From contig CAVSGI010000020.1 in the NCBI GenBank assembly GCA_963727445.1, positions 640,001 to 704,000 of the forward strand: a stretch of DNA of 64,000 bases. The letters run 5' to 3'. The notes under the pieces are model-generated. The model had not been told where the DNA came from. It did not search any database and saw only the letters and a program-made list of their open reading frames with translations. A program made the translations under genes and the position numbers. Below are positions 1-9,362 of this stretch, piece by piece. The DNA comes from an uncultured delta proteobacterium. GTDB taxonomy: Bacteria; Myxococcota_A; Polyangia; Polyangiales; B10-G4. Each line of letters opens with the position of its first letter. Position 1 is the stretch's first letter.

Positions 1-2
1 TC

Positions 3-833
3 GCCATCCTCATCCTCCCCTCCTTCCTCGGCCTGGGCTGCGGCTCGGGATGCGAGCGACGAGAGGAGGATGCCCACGCCACGAGTGGGTCTCAAAGTGA
101 GGCGCCGCGCTTCGGGACCGTCGAAGGGGTGGTGCGCATCGCGGCTGGCGCGGAGTTGCCGACAAATCCCGATCTGCGCACGCCGGCGCAGCCGCCGATG
201 CCCGAGGCATGCACCCCGCCGCTTATCAGCGATCGCCAGCCCGTCACCATGGGCGACGATCGGCTCCTCGAGGGCATCCTCGTTCAAGCCTCGGATTTCT
301 CGGAGCAGGCCATGGAGCAGGTGAAACGCGAGCCCGTGACGCACGAGCTCTTCATCCGCGACTGTCGCCTGACCCCACGCTTCATTCCTGCCGTCATCGG
401 CGACACGCTGAAGCTCACCAACGAGACCGACTACCCCTTCATGCCCACGATGGGCGGAGGCGGCCTGATGCAGGCGGTGCTCTACCAGAACAGCCGGGAG
501 TTTCCTCTCGACCGCGGTGGCATCTTCAGCATGACCTGCGGCTTCGCGGCGCCCTGTGGCCGTTCGGACATCGTCGTCGTCTTTCATCCCGTGCACACGG
601 TCACCGGGGAGGGGGGCGTGTTCCGGATGGAGAACGTTCCCGCCGACGAAGACGTGTCCATCCACGCGTGGCATCCGCTCTTCGAGGACGTCTCTCAGAC
701 GGTGCGGGTGGGCGCCGGGGAGACGACTCACATCGAGCTCGAGATCACGCCGGCGCCCCAGCCCGAGCCGCCGCCGCAAGAAGAAACCGAGGAGCCCACC
801 GGGCCAGCTGAGAACCAGCCGGGTCTCTTCTGA
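3..833 (+). CDS. Lipoprotein with cupredoxin-like and carboxypeptidase-regulatory-like (beta-sandwich) domains; 5' end cut by window edge
   Basis: Frame of ORF 129..833 is open from base 3 (AILILPSFLGLGCGSGC, lipobox-like). Contains 'DCRLTPR', 'FHPVHTVTGEGGVFRMENVP...HAWHP', typical of this family. Confidence 0.6.
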   Translation, partial: AILILPSFLGLGCGSGCERREEDAHATSGSQSEAPRFGTVEGVVRIAAGAELPTNPDLRTPAQPPMPEACTPPLISDRQPVTMGDDRLLEGILVQASDFSEQAMEQVKREPVTHELFIRDCRLTPRFIPAVIGDTLKLTNETDYPFMPTMGGGGLMQAVLYQNSREFPLDRGGIFSMTCGFAAPCGRSDIVVVFHPVHTVTGEGGVFRMENVPADEDVSIHAWHPLFEDVSQTVRVGAGETTHIELEITPAPQPEPPPQEETEEPTGPAENQPGLF

Positions 834-883
834 GCAGGGCCCTGGGCTTTACGCCCGGGTCCTCAGGGCCTACAAACGCCCGG

Positions 884-1811
884 ATGCGCAGGCTTCTCGT
901 CCCCCTCATCCTCGCGGCCGCGAGCCCCGCCCTCGCGCAGGAGGTGATCGCCGAGGAGGAGCCGCCCGAGGACATCTGGGCGTACGACCGGCCCTTTCTC
1001 CAGGTCGCCACCGACTTCTCCTTCTTCACGGGCTCACAGACGGTGGATGCGGGTGCGCTCGGCCCGGTCAACGCCAATTACTTCGGGATGGCCTTCGTGC
1101 TCGCGGCGGAGGCGCGCGTGTACGACAACCTCTGGATCGAGGGCGCCTGGGGGTTCCCGCACGGCTCCTTCACCGTGCCCGATTCTGGCGATGCCCGCCA
1201 TGGGCGTGTCCGCCCCGAGCGGTGGCGGCACCAACGTCGGCAATCCCTATCTGGGCGCGTCGTACTTCATCGATGGAGACGCGGTGCGCCTCACCTTCGG
1301 TCTCGGCTTCACGATTCCGGTCGCCGACGCCGCGCAGGTCGGAGGGGGGATCGGGGCCGACCTTCCGAACGCGGGAGTGATCGTGTCGCGGATGGAGGGA
1401 GGCGTTCGTCCCTGGCTCTTTCTGCCGCAGACCTTCGCCATCGTCGGGCGCGGGCGTGTGGAGAGCGTCGGGCCGTGGCTCCTCGCTGCGGATCTCGCCG
1501 TGGCGCCGATGATCCCCGTGGACAGTCGGGGCGTGTACGACGGTCACGCGGAGCTGGTGCTGATCCCCGCGGCGGAGCTCGGCTGGCGCGCGAGCCCATG
1601 GCTGACCTTCGGCGTTCGCGGGCAGGTCTCCGTCGTGCCGACCCAGACCGACGAGACCCTCGGATCCCTCGAGCCCTTCATCGAAGCCAAGAAGCGCGAT
1701 ATCGGCCATTTCCGCGTCGGCTTCGTGGTGCACCTGGGCGGCCCCAACGGCGCGACTTTCGACACCAACGGCTTGTGGGCGCTCCGTCTCACCGCCGGCA
1801 TGCTCTTCTGA
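884..1811 (+). CDS. Secreted, probable outer-membrane beta-barrel protein; one frameshift at about 1175-1200
   Basis: Signal peptide MRRLLVPLILAAASPALA-QE in frame of 884. Continues in frame of ORF 1047..1811 (GNPYLGASY...LRLTAGMLF) with amphipathic strands and a terminal Phe. Confidence 0.6.
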
Positions 1812-1823
1812 GGGGCCGCAGGC

Positions 1824-2726
1824 TCAGCGGCGCACAAGCCCCAGCCCCTCACCCAGCGCCTCTGCGAGGAAGTCGACGAAGACCCGAACCTTCGGGGTGA
1901 GATGATGCCGGCTCGGGTAGACGGCGTAGAGGCCCCCTTCGCGTATCGCGTAGGCCGGCAACACCTGCTCGAGGCGTCCCTCCCGCAGGTCGTGCTGAAC
2001 GTAGGGCTCGAGCATCACGCCGATCCCGAGGCCCGCACGCAACAGCGCGTGAAGCACACCCCACTCGTTGGCGACGAACCAGGGCTTCTGCGGGATGGGC
2101 TCCCGACCCTCGGGGCCCATCAGCCGCCACTCCATCGGTCGGGCGTCGACGCCCATCATCACCAGGTCGTGATCGACGAGCTCGGCAATGCGCCGGGGCC
2201 GGCCGCGGCTGTCGAGATAGGTAGGGCTCGCACAGAGGATCACGTCGGAGGAGGCGAGCTTCCTGGCCACGTATCCCGCGTCCTCGAGCAATCCGCCGCG
2301 AAGCGCCACGTCGATGCCTTCGGCAACCATGTCGACGCGACCCTGGGTGAGCAGGAGCTGGATCGTGATCTCCGGATAGCGCGCGCGAAACGCGGGCAGG
2401 AGCGGCACCAGCTGATCGCGACCGAGGTCGAAAGCAGCGCTCACGCGAAGCTCGCCCTTCGGATGACCCGCGACGTCGAGCGCCACGCGCTCGGCCTCCT
2501 CCATCTCTTCGATCGCATGGCGGCAGCGCGCGTAATAGGCCTCGCCGGTGGCGGTGAGCGCCAAGCGGCGCGTGGTACGCTGCAGCAGGCGCGCGCCCAG
2601 ATGCTCCTCGAGCCGAGTGACCTGTCGGCTCAAGGTCGACTTCGGGACCCCCATGCGACGTCCTGCCTCCGTGAAGCTCCCTGCCCGCACCACGGCGACG
2701 AAGGCCAGTGTCTCTGCAATTCTCAT
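1824..2726 (-). CDS. LysR family transcriptional regulator (CrgA/DmlR-like)
   Basis: From ATG 2726: FVAVVRAGSFTEAGRRMGVPKSTLSRQVTRLEEHLGARLLQRTTR HTH; C-terminal YAVYPSRHHLTPKVRVFVDFL. Confidence 0.95.
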   Translation of the reverse strand: MRIAETLAFVAVVRAGSFTEAGRRMGVPKSTLSRQVTRLEEHLGARLLQRTTRRLALTATGEAYYARCRHAIEEMEEAERVALDVAGHPKGELRVSAAFDLGRDQLVPLLPAFRARYPEITIQLLLTQGRVDMVAEGIDVALRGGLLEDAGYVARKLASSDVILCASPTYLDSRGRPRRIAELVDHDLVMMGVDARPMEWRLMGPEGREPIPQKPWFVANEWGVLHALLRAGLGIGVMLEPYVQHDLREGRLEQVLPAYAIREGGLYAVYPSRHHLTPKVRVFVDFLAEALGEGLGLVRR

Positions 2727-2727
2727 T

Positions 2728-2783
2728 GTTGATATCGTGCAACGATGAGTCGAAGAATAGAGGTCTAGTTGATCATGATCAAC
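2728..2783. promoter_or_regulatory. Two GTTG-N8-CAAC dyads (putative LysR boxes) between divergent lysR and SnoaL-like genes
   Basis: GTTGatatcgtgCAAC at 2728-2743 and perfect palindrome GTTGATCATGATCAAC at 2768-2783; both contain T-N11-A. Confidence 0.6.
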
Positions 2784-2813
2784 GGTGGCAGGTTGAGCGG
2801 AGGAGGAAACACC

Positions 2814-3260
2814 ATGAAGAACCTGTTCATCGCTCTCGCCCTCATCCTCGCCCCGTCGGCATGCTCCAGCAGCACACCCAAGGCGCGCACCATCGACCTG
2901 GCGGCCCTCGCCGAGGCGCACGACGCAGCCTGGAATCGTCACGATCCCGAGGCCATGGCGGCGCTCTTCGCCGAGGACGGCACCTTGGTGACGCCCCGGG
3001 GAACGCGGGCCGAGGGGCAGCAGGAGCTGCTCACCCTTCTGTCCCAGCCCGGTCCCACGCGCGAAACCACCTCGACGACCCGATTCGGTGACGTGCAGTG
3101 GCTCGCCGACGACCTCGTTCTGCTGGACGGCGTGCAGACGCTCGACGGACCAGGGGTGGAGCAGATGGGGGGCGCCTCGGAGGCCCACGTCGTCGCGATC
3201 GCACGCCACGTCGGCGACGACTGGCGTCTGGTCGCCGCCCGTCCCTACATGGCACGGTGA
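2814..3260 (+). CDS. SnoaL/NTF2-like (SgcJ/EcaC-type) lipoprotein
   Basis: RBS AGGAGG before ATG 2814; lipobox ..PSAC; 'AAWNRHDPEAMAALFAEDGTLVTPRG', C-terminal 'DWRLVA'. Confidence 0.8.
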   Translation: MKNLFIALALILAPSACSSSTPKARTIDLAALAEAHDAAWNRHDPEAMAALFAEDGTLVTPRGTRAEGQQELLTLLSQPGPTRETTSTTRFGDVQWLADDLVLLDGVQTLDGPGVEQMGGASEAHVVAIARHVGDDWRLVAARPYMAR

Positions 3261-3308
3261 AAAGGGGCCTCATGGGTCCCGAGCACCCGAATGCAGTAGA
3301 ATGGAGCT

Positions 3309-4511
3309 TTGCGCCGTCTCGTACCTCTTTGCTCCTGTTCGGCTGCCGCGATGCTCCTGCTCGCGAGCTGCGGTACGGAGCCCATCGTCGTCACGGTCGA
3401 CGTGCGTACCGATTTCGTCCCAGGTGTGGACTTCGTCCAGGTGGTGACAGAGTTCTCCCGGGCCGAGGCGGACCTCGGGACGGAGGTGCGCGAGACGGCG
3501 ATGATGGTCAGCGGGACGGAGGACTTCCTGGATGGGGTGCGAGCCGCCGAGGTCCACGACGTGCTCCCCGGAGACGTGGCCGTTCGTGTGCGTCTGGTAG
3601 ACGGCGGAGGCCGCAACATCGGCGACCGCGAGGTGATCCTGACCATCGACCGCTCCTATGCGGCCACCGTGCTCATCACGAGCAACTGCGTCGGGGTCAC
3701 GTGTCCGGCTCCGGCGGGCAGCGCGGCGCTGACCGAGTGTCTCGACGCGGAGTGCATCGACCCCCGCTGTAGCGCCCAATCCCTCGAGCTCTGCCCGCCA
3801 CCCTGTGAGGCCAACGCCGATTGTGCCCCGACCGCCTCGTGTCGCGACCGCCGCTGCATCCAGGGCGTGTGCTTCTGTGCAGAAGGCACGATGACGGTCG
3901 AGGACGCAGGGCCGGTGGACACCGGCGTGATCGACGCCGGGGACACGGGCCCCGTGGACACCGGACCGGTTTGCGAGTGCACACCGATGCAGACCGACAA
4001 TCGCGTCATGCAATGCGGCAACTGCGACAGCGGCACGCGCAACGGCGTGCGAACCTGCGGGGCCGACTGCATGTGGGGCGCGTGGACCGATGGTGCGTGC
4101 ACCGGCGCGACCGGCTGCATGCCCGGGGCGACCGAGACGAGAATGGTGAGCTGCGGCAACTGCGGCACCGGGACGAAGCAGCAGACGCGAACCTGCAGTG
4201 CGAGCTGCGGGTGGGGCTCGTGGGGTGGCGGGACGTGCACGGGTGCCACCGGGTGTAATCCGGGCTCGACCCGGCCCTGTCCGAACGGAGACTCGTGCGG
4301 CTCGCTGGTGTGTCGCTCCGACTGCACCTGGAGCGCCTGCCAGCCCACGCCGGGATCGAGCCAGTGCTTGAGAATCGGTCCTGGCCACACCATGGAGGGC
4401 ACCAACTTCCGGTGCTGTGGGACCTACATGTGGCAGTACTGCTTGCCGGGGTGCGTGTGGAGCACCGACTGCAGCCCCTGCTCGTCGAGCAACTGTCCGA
4501 GCTGCGGCTGA
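3309..4511 (+). CDS. Cys-rich lipoprotein with conserved N-terminal 'DxRTD' domain and thrombospondin-type-1-like repeats
   Basis: Lipobox LLASC; DAG/DTG linker; 46-aa repeat CGNCxxGT...RTC...WGxW (DNA repeat starts at 4014 and 4152). Start codon (TTG) uncertain. Confidence 0.7.
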   Translation: MRRLVPLCSCSAAAMLLLASCGTEPIVVTVDVRTDFVPGVDFVQVVTEFSRAEADLGTEVRETAMMVSGTEDFLDGVRAAEVHDVLPGDVAVRVRLVDGGGRNIGDREVILTIDRSYAATVLITSNCVGVTCPAPAGSAALTECLDAECIDPRCSAQSLELCPPPCEANADCAPTASCRDRRCIQGVCFCAEGTMTVEDAGPVDTGVIDAGDTGPVDTGPVCECTPMQTDNRVMQCGNCDSGTRNGVRTCGADCMWGAWTDGACTGATGCMPGATETRMVSCGNCGTGTKQQTRTCSASCGWGSWGGGTCTGATGCNPGSTRPCPNGDSCGSLVCRSDCTWSACQPTPGSSQCLRIGPGHTMEGTNFRCCGTYMWQYCLPGCVWSTDCSPCSSSNCPSCG

Positions 4512-4518
4512 GCGCGCT

Positions 4519-6001
4519 TCAGGCGACGACCGGCAGGCCGGCCTTGTTCGCGGGCCGCTCGGGCAGGGCGTCGAAGGCGTTCTTCCAATCGCGGAATCGA
4601 CCGCCGGCGTGGACGGCGTCGAGGACAGCCCGCCCTTCGGCGATGCCGCCCTGCGCGAGGACGTATTCGATCCACGCCCAGCGCGCGCTGGTGGCGCGGA
4701 TGTCGACGCGGCCCTTCACCCCGCGGCGCAGCCGCGACAGGCGCTTCTCCACGACCTTGATGCCCGCGAAGGGCTGATTGTCGAGGGGGGTGCGACGCTT
4801 GGAGACGAAAGGCGCGATGCCCAGCGACAGGGGAGCGATTCTTGGACAGCTCGGTCGAGAACTCGATGAGCTCGTCGACGTCCTCGTCGGTTTCACCCGG
4901 CAGCCCGATGATCATGTAGAGCTTCAGCCGGTTGAAGCCGTGGTTCCGCACGTGCTCCGCGGCACGGATCAGGTGCTTCTGCTTCGCTTTACGGTCGACG
5001 AGATCGCGCATGCGCTGGCTCGCCCCGTCCATCGCGGTGGTGAGGGTCTTGTGGCCGGCGCGGCGCAGCGCGGCGACGAACTCGTCCTTGAGCTTGTCGG
5101 GGCGAAGGGACGACAGGCCCACCTCGCGCCCCTGGTCCGCGAGCGTGTTGACCAGATCCGTGATCTTCGGGTGGTCGCTGATCGCCGCGCCCACCAGGCC
5201 CACGCGTCGCGCGTGCTCGGGGATCAGCGCCAGCACCTCTTCGATCGGCACGATTCGCATGCCGCCGTTGGTGCTGCGCCGCATCACGCAGTACTGGCAT
5301 CCGCGCGAGCATCCACGTTCGCCTTCCACCAGGAACATGTCTCGCAGCTCGGTGTTGGGTGTGATGATCTGCGCGTAGGCGGGGATCCGAGACGACTTGC
5401 CGAGCTGCGGGAGGGTCTCGCCGTGGACGCTCGGGATCCACGCGCAATCGAGCTCCTTTTCGAGCGCCGCGAGCGCTTCGGCGTGCGTCGGGGAGGAGAA
5501 GATGACGTCGAGGGCGGTGTGGATCGTCTCGTCCGCTTCGCCGAGGAGCACCGCGTCGACGTAGGGCGCGAGGGGAACCGGGTTCGAGAAGGTGAGCGGG
5601 CCGCCCGCCAGGATGAAGGGATGTCGCTCGTCCCGATCTTCGGCGAGCGGCGGGATGCCGGCCAGCTCGAGCGCCTTGATCATCCCGGCGAGCTCGATCT
5701 CGTAGGCGACGGAGATCGCCACCACGGCGTGGTCGCCGACCGGGCGCTCCGACTCGAAGGTGAACAGGGGGGTCCGGCTCTTCTCGTAGGCGGCGACGTC
5801 GTCGGGCAGGAACGCGCGCTCCGCGACCCTGGCCGGGGCGGCGTTGATCTCGCGATACATCGCTTGATAGCCGAGGGAGCTCATCCCGGCCCGGTAAGGG
5901 CTGGGGTAGAGAAGCGCCACCCGCTCGGGTGCATCCTTGATGATGGTGCCCTTCTCGTCGCTCAACAGGGCACGCACCTGCTGCTTCAGATCACTGCTCA
6001 C
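4519..6001 (-). CDS. Radical SAM protein (TIGR03960-like architecture); frameshift at about 4840
   Basis: CxxxCxxC 'RGCSRGCQYC'; 'YPSPYRAGMSSLG', 'LKLYMIIGLPGET'. C-terminus 'IAPLSLGIAPFVSKRRTP...WAWIEYVLAQG' lies in ORF 4519..4896 after one extra A. Confidence 0.85.
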
Positions 6002-6546
6002 GCGCGGCGAGTATGGAGCCCAGCGCGCGATTGAGCCAGCCGCGGCGCTTGCGAGATCACGCGGGCCGGCACGCCTGCGACCGTGGCATCCGCCGGGACA
6101 TCATGGGTGACGACCGCGCCGGCGCCCACGCGCGCTCCATGTCCCACGTGGACGTGACCGACGAGCCGTGCTCCATCTCCGAGAAAGACGTCGTCTCCGA
6201 CGACGGGTGTGCCCGATTCGACCCCGAGGAAACGAACCTCGCCGTACACCGAGCATCGTTCGCCGAGGCGGGTCCCCTCGGCGAAGAGCACCCCGCGGGG
6301 ATGCGGCAGGAAGAGCCCGGCGCCGATGGACACTTTGGGCGCCATCTCCACGCCGTGGGCGTGAAGCAGGGTGCGGTAGGCCAGCACCGTCGACCGGCCT
6401 CGCCTCTCGAGGAGCTGGTAGAGACGGATCCAGGCGAGCGCACCAAAGCGGTCGGGAACCATGAACGCGCGGGCGAGGCGGCGCCGGGTGAGCTTTTGGC
6501 CGTTTCGTGCGAAATCCTGAGAGAGCGCGGACCAGAAGTCCTGCAT
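5998..6546 (-). CDS. Serine O-acetyltransferase-like hexapeptide-repeat acyltransferase
   Basis: 'IGAGLFLPHPRGV', 'PVVGDDVFLGDGA', 'VGAGAVVTHDVP...VAGVPAR'. Confidence 0.8.
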   Translation of the reverse strand: MQDFWSALSQDFARNGQKLTRRRLARAFMVPDRFGALAWIRLYQLLERRGRSTVLAYRTLLHAHGVEMAPKVSIGAGLFLPHPRGVLFAEGTRLGERCSVYGEVRFLGVESGTPVVGDDVFLGDGARLVGHVHVGHGARVGAGAVVTHDVPADATVAGVPARVISQAPRLAQSRAGLHTRRA

Positions 6547-6608
6547 GCTCGGGTTCTAGGAGCATCAGGAGCGGATGCAAGCCGCGGTTGGAGGGCGAGG
6601 CGAACGCT

Positions 6609-7415
6609 TCAGTTCACGCTCTGGAAGATCCGATCCCAGCGATAGCCAGTGTGTGGATCCGTCGACCAGTAGAGCACCAGCGCATGCCCTTTGACCCGAT
6701 TGATCGGTACGGGACCGAAGAACCGGCTGTCGTTGCTGCGATCGCGGTGGTCGCCGAGGATGTAGATGTAGCCCTGGGGAACCTCGGTCGGGCCGTGGTT
6801 GCTCGGGGGGCTGGTGAGATCGCGGCTGGTGCGGTAGGTGAAGTCGCCGGCGTCCTCGGAGATGCACTCGCTGGTGGCACCGCGCAGATAGGGCACGAGC
6901 TCCGAACAGGGTCCGAGCTCCCGCGTCGAGACCGCCTCGCCATTGCGGTAGAGGATGTCGTCGCGCATCTCGATGGTGTCACCCGGCAGGCCCACCACGC
7001 GCTTGACGATGTCGATGTTGTCGTGAGGGCTCTTCACGATCACCACGTCGCCTACGTGGGGCACGCCCCAGTTGAGCACCGCGCTATCCGTGAAGGGCAA
7101 GAAGAGGCCGTAGGAGAACTTGGCCACGACCACGCGGTCGCCGTTGAGCAGCGTCGGCTCCATCGACGGCCCTTCGATCTCGAACGCCTCGAAGAGCACG
7201 ATGCGAATGAAGATCGCGAGGAGCACCGCGCCCACGATGGTCTTGGTGTTCGCCTTGGTGCGTTCCCAGCGCGTCTCTTCGTCGGCCGCGGCTTCCTCGC
7301 GCCGCTTGGCCTTCGCCGGCACCAACTTCTCGGGCGTCTTCGCCTTCGGCGATTTGGCCTTCGCCTTCGCCTCGTCATCCGCGGGCTTGGCAGCTTTTGC
7401 CGATCCCTTGGCCAC
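6609..7415 (-). CDS. lepB: Signal peptidase I
   Basis: TM helix, then 'GPSMEPTLLNGD' (Ser), 'IVKRVVGLPGD' (Lys), 'GDHRDRSNDSRFFG'. Confidence 0.95.
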   Translation of the reverse strand: MAKGSAKAAKPADDEAKAKAKSPKAKTPEKLVPAKAKRREEAAADEETRWERTKANTKTIVGAVLLAIFIRIVLFEAFEIEGPSMEPTLLNGDRVVVAKFSYGLFLPFTDSAVLNWGVPHVGDVVIVKSPHDNIDIVKRVVGLPGDTIEMRDDILYRNGEAVSTRELGPCSELVPYLRGATSECISEDAGDFTYRTSRDLTSPPSNHGPTEVPQGYIYILGDHRDRSNDSRFFGPVPINRVKGHALVLYWSTDPHTGYRWDRIFQSVN

Positions 7416-7419
7416 GATT

Positions 7420-7998
7420 CTACCCGTGCACCGTCGGGCCGAGCGCGAGCTCGCCGACGACCTCCGCTTCGCGGGCGGCCATGGTTTCGAGACGCGCGCG
7501 CGTCCCTTCTTTGCCGAAGATCTGCTCCGCCAGAGAGACGAAGAGTCGATGATGACGCGCTTCGGATGCCATCAGGTCGCGGTAGAAGGCGGCGAGCTCG
7601 GGCTCGTCGAGGCCCTCTGCGAGGAGCTTGAAGCGCTCGCAGGAGCGCGCCTCGATCAACGCCGCCACGATCAGGCGATCGAGAAGCGGCGAGGAGGAAT
7701 CAGGCTTCGCCGCGCGCATCAGGGCGGCGACGTAGGCATCGGGCTCGGGCGGATGCACGCGCACGCCGCGCGCGTGAGCCTCGGCGATCACCCCGTGGAA
7801 GTGCTCGGTCTCCTCCTTCGCGAGGGCGAGCAGCGGCTCGACCAGCTCCGGGTGCGCGCCTGCGTTGCGGCCCACGAGCGACAGGGCGCTCTGCGCGGCC
7901 TTCAGCTCGCAATGTGCGTGGTCGACCAGGAGTCGCGGCAGGTCGGCCCGAGCGGCTTCCACCCAGGTCGGGTCGGTGGGTTTGAGCAGGCCTAGCAT
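7420..7998 (-). CDS. miaE: tRNA-(ms2io6A) hydroxylase (ferritin-like diiron)
   Basis: 'LVDHAHCELKAA', 'EETEHF', 'ALIEARSCERF', 'SEARHH'. Confidence 0.9.
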   Translation of the reverse strand: MLGLLKPTDPTWVEAARADLPRLLVDHAHCELKAAQSALSLVGRNAGAHPELVEPLLALAKEETEHFHGVIAEAHARGVRVHPPEPDAYVAALMRAAKPDSSSPLLDRLIVAALIEARSCERFKLLAEGLDEPELAAFYRDLMASEARHHRLFVSLAEQIFGKEGTRARLETMAAREAEVVGELALGPTVHG

Positions 7999-8091
7999 GG
8001 GATCTTCAAGCTGGCGCAACCGCCGATCCAACAGTAATTTCCAGGCCCGTCACGGTGCGAAGCTAGACCCCAGAAGGAGGTGGGTCAAGCG

Positions 8092-8799
8092 ATGCTCGTC
8101 CTCTCCCTCGACACCTCGACTCCCACTGGATCGGTCGCCCTTCTCGAGGGTGACGAGGTCCTCGGCCGGGCCTGGGCAGAGGTCAAAGGCAAGCACGGGG
8201 AGCACTTGATCGAGACCCTCGCGGCGTGCCTCGAAGCGGCCGGCCGGACCCTCGCCGACGTCGAGCTCCTGGCCGTGGGTATCGGACCCGGCTCCTTCAC
8301 TGGTGTGCGCGTCGGGGTGGCCACCGTGAAGGGACTCGCCCTCTCGCGCGGGCTGCCGTTGGTCGGGGTGGTCTCCCTCGCGGCCATCGCGCGCGGGACC
8401 CGTGCGCGTGACGGTGCGGTGGCGCCCATCGTCCACGCCCACCGCGGGGAGGTCTACGCCGCACTCTACACCTGTGGCGAGGACGGCCCGATGGAGCGCC
8501 TCGCCCCCTTCCACGCTTTGCCGGTCGAGGCGGCGGCGCGCCTTCGACAGGCCGCCGATGGGCGTGCGCTCCTGGCCGTGGGAGATGGATATCGCCGCTT
8601 CGAAGAGGCGCTGGGGCCAGCGCTCGGCCCGCACGAGACGGCGCCGGAGACGAGCGATCTACCGAGCGCGGAAGCCGTCGCTCGCGAGGGCCTGCGCCGC
8701 TTTCGCACGCACGGCCCCGACGACACGGCGCGCCTCGAGCCGCTCTACGTCCGCCCTTCGGACGCCAAGCTCCCCGCCATCCCCCTCGACGTCGGCTGA
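8092..8799 (+). CDS. tsaB: tRNA threonylcarbamoyladenosine biosynthesis protein TsaB
   Basis: 'LSLDTST', 'AVGIGPGSFTGVRVG', 'LEPLYVRPSDA'. Confidence 0.92.
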   Translation: MLVLSLDTSTPTGSVALLEGDEVLGRAWAEVKGKHGEHLIETLAACLEAAGRTLADVELLAVGIGPGSFTGVRVGVATVKGLALSRGLPLVGVVSLAAIARGTRARDGAVAPIVHAHRGEVYAALYTCGEDGPMERLAPFHALPVEAAARLRQAADGRALLAVGDGYRRFEEALGPALGPHETAPETSDLPSAEAVAREGLRRFRTHGPDDTARLEPLYVRPSDAKLPAIPLDVG

Positions 8800-8869
8800 A
8801 TCACGCCGACTTGCGCTGCCTCTGGGCGCTTTCTATCGTTCGGCCGCCCACAGCGGGCGAGGAGGAGAC

Positions 8870-9355
8870 ATGCCGTCGTTCGACGTCGTTTCGAAGCTCG
8901 AGATGCACGAGGTGGACAACGCAGTGCAGCAGGCCAAGAAGGAGGTCGGCCAGCGCTACGACTTCCGCGGCACCAACACGAGCATCGACAAGTCCGAAGA
9001 AGGCATCACCATCCGCTCCGACGGGGAGGGGCGGGTCGAAGCCGCGCTCGACGTGCTCAAGAGCAAGCTCGTGAACCGCAAGGTGTCCCTGTTGGCTCTC
9101 GACTCGCAGGCGATCCAGCCGGCCGCCGGCAAGGGCTACAAGCAGCTGGTCAAGCTCAAGCAGGGCGTCGAGAAGGACAAGGCCAAGGAGATCGTGAAGA
9201 CGATCAAGGACTCGAAGATGAAGCTCCAGGCTTCCATCCAGGGGGACCTGGTGCGGGTCACTGGCAAGAAGCGCGACGACCTGCAGGCCGCGATTCCGCT
9301 TCTCAAGGGAGCGGACCTCGGCCTGCCCTTGCAGTTCGAGAACTTCAGGGACTGA
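8870..9355 (+). CDS. yajQ: YajQ family cyclic di-GMP-binding protein
   Basis: MPSFDVVS...RYDFRG...VRVTGKKRDDLQ...LQFENFRD; RBS GGAGGAG. Confidence 0.95.
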   Translation: MPSFDVVSKLEMHEVDNAVQQAKKEVGQRYDFRGTNTSIDKSEEGITIRSDGEGRVEAALDVLKSKLVNRKVSLLALDSQAIQPAAGKGYKQLVKLKQGVEKDKAKEIVKTIKDSKMKLQASIQGDLVRVTGKKRDDLQAAIPLLKGADLGLPLQFENFRD

Positions 9356-9362
9356 CGCGGCT

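Noticed and set aside
836..870. GC hairpin after the first gene (and a similar one at 50665-50696) as intrinsic terminators
   Set aside because: Imperfect stems or long loops with no U-tract; not distinguishable from chance in GC-rich DNA.
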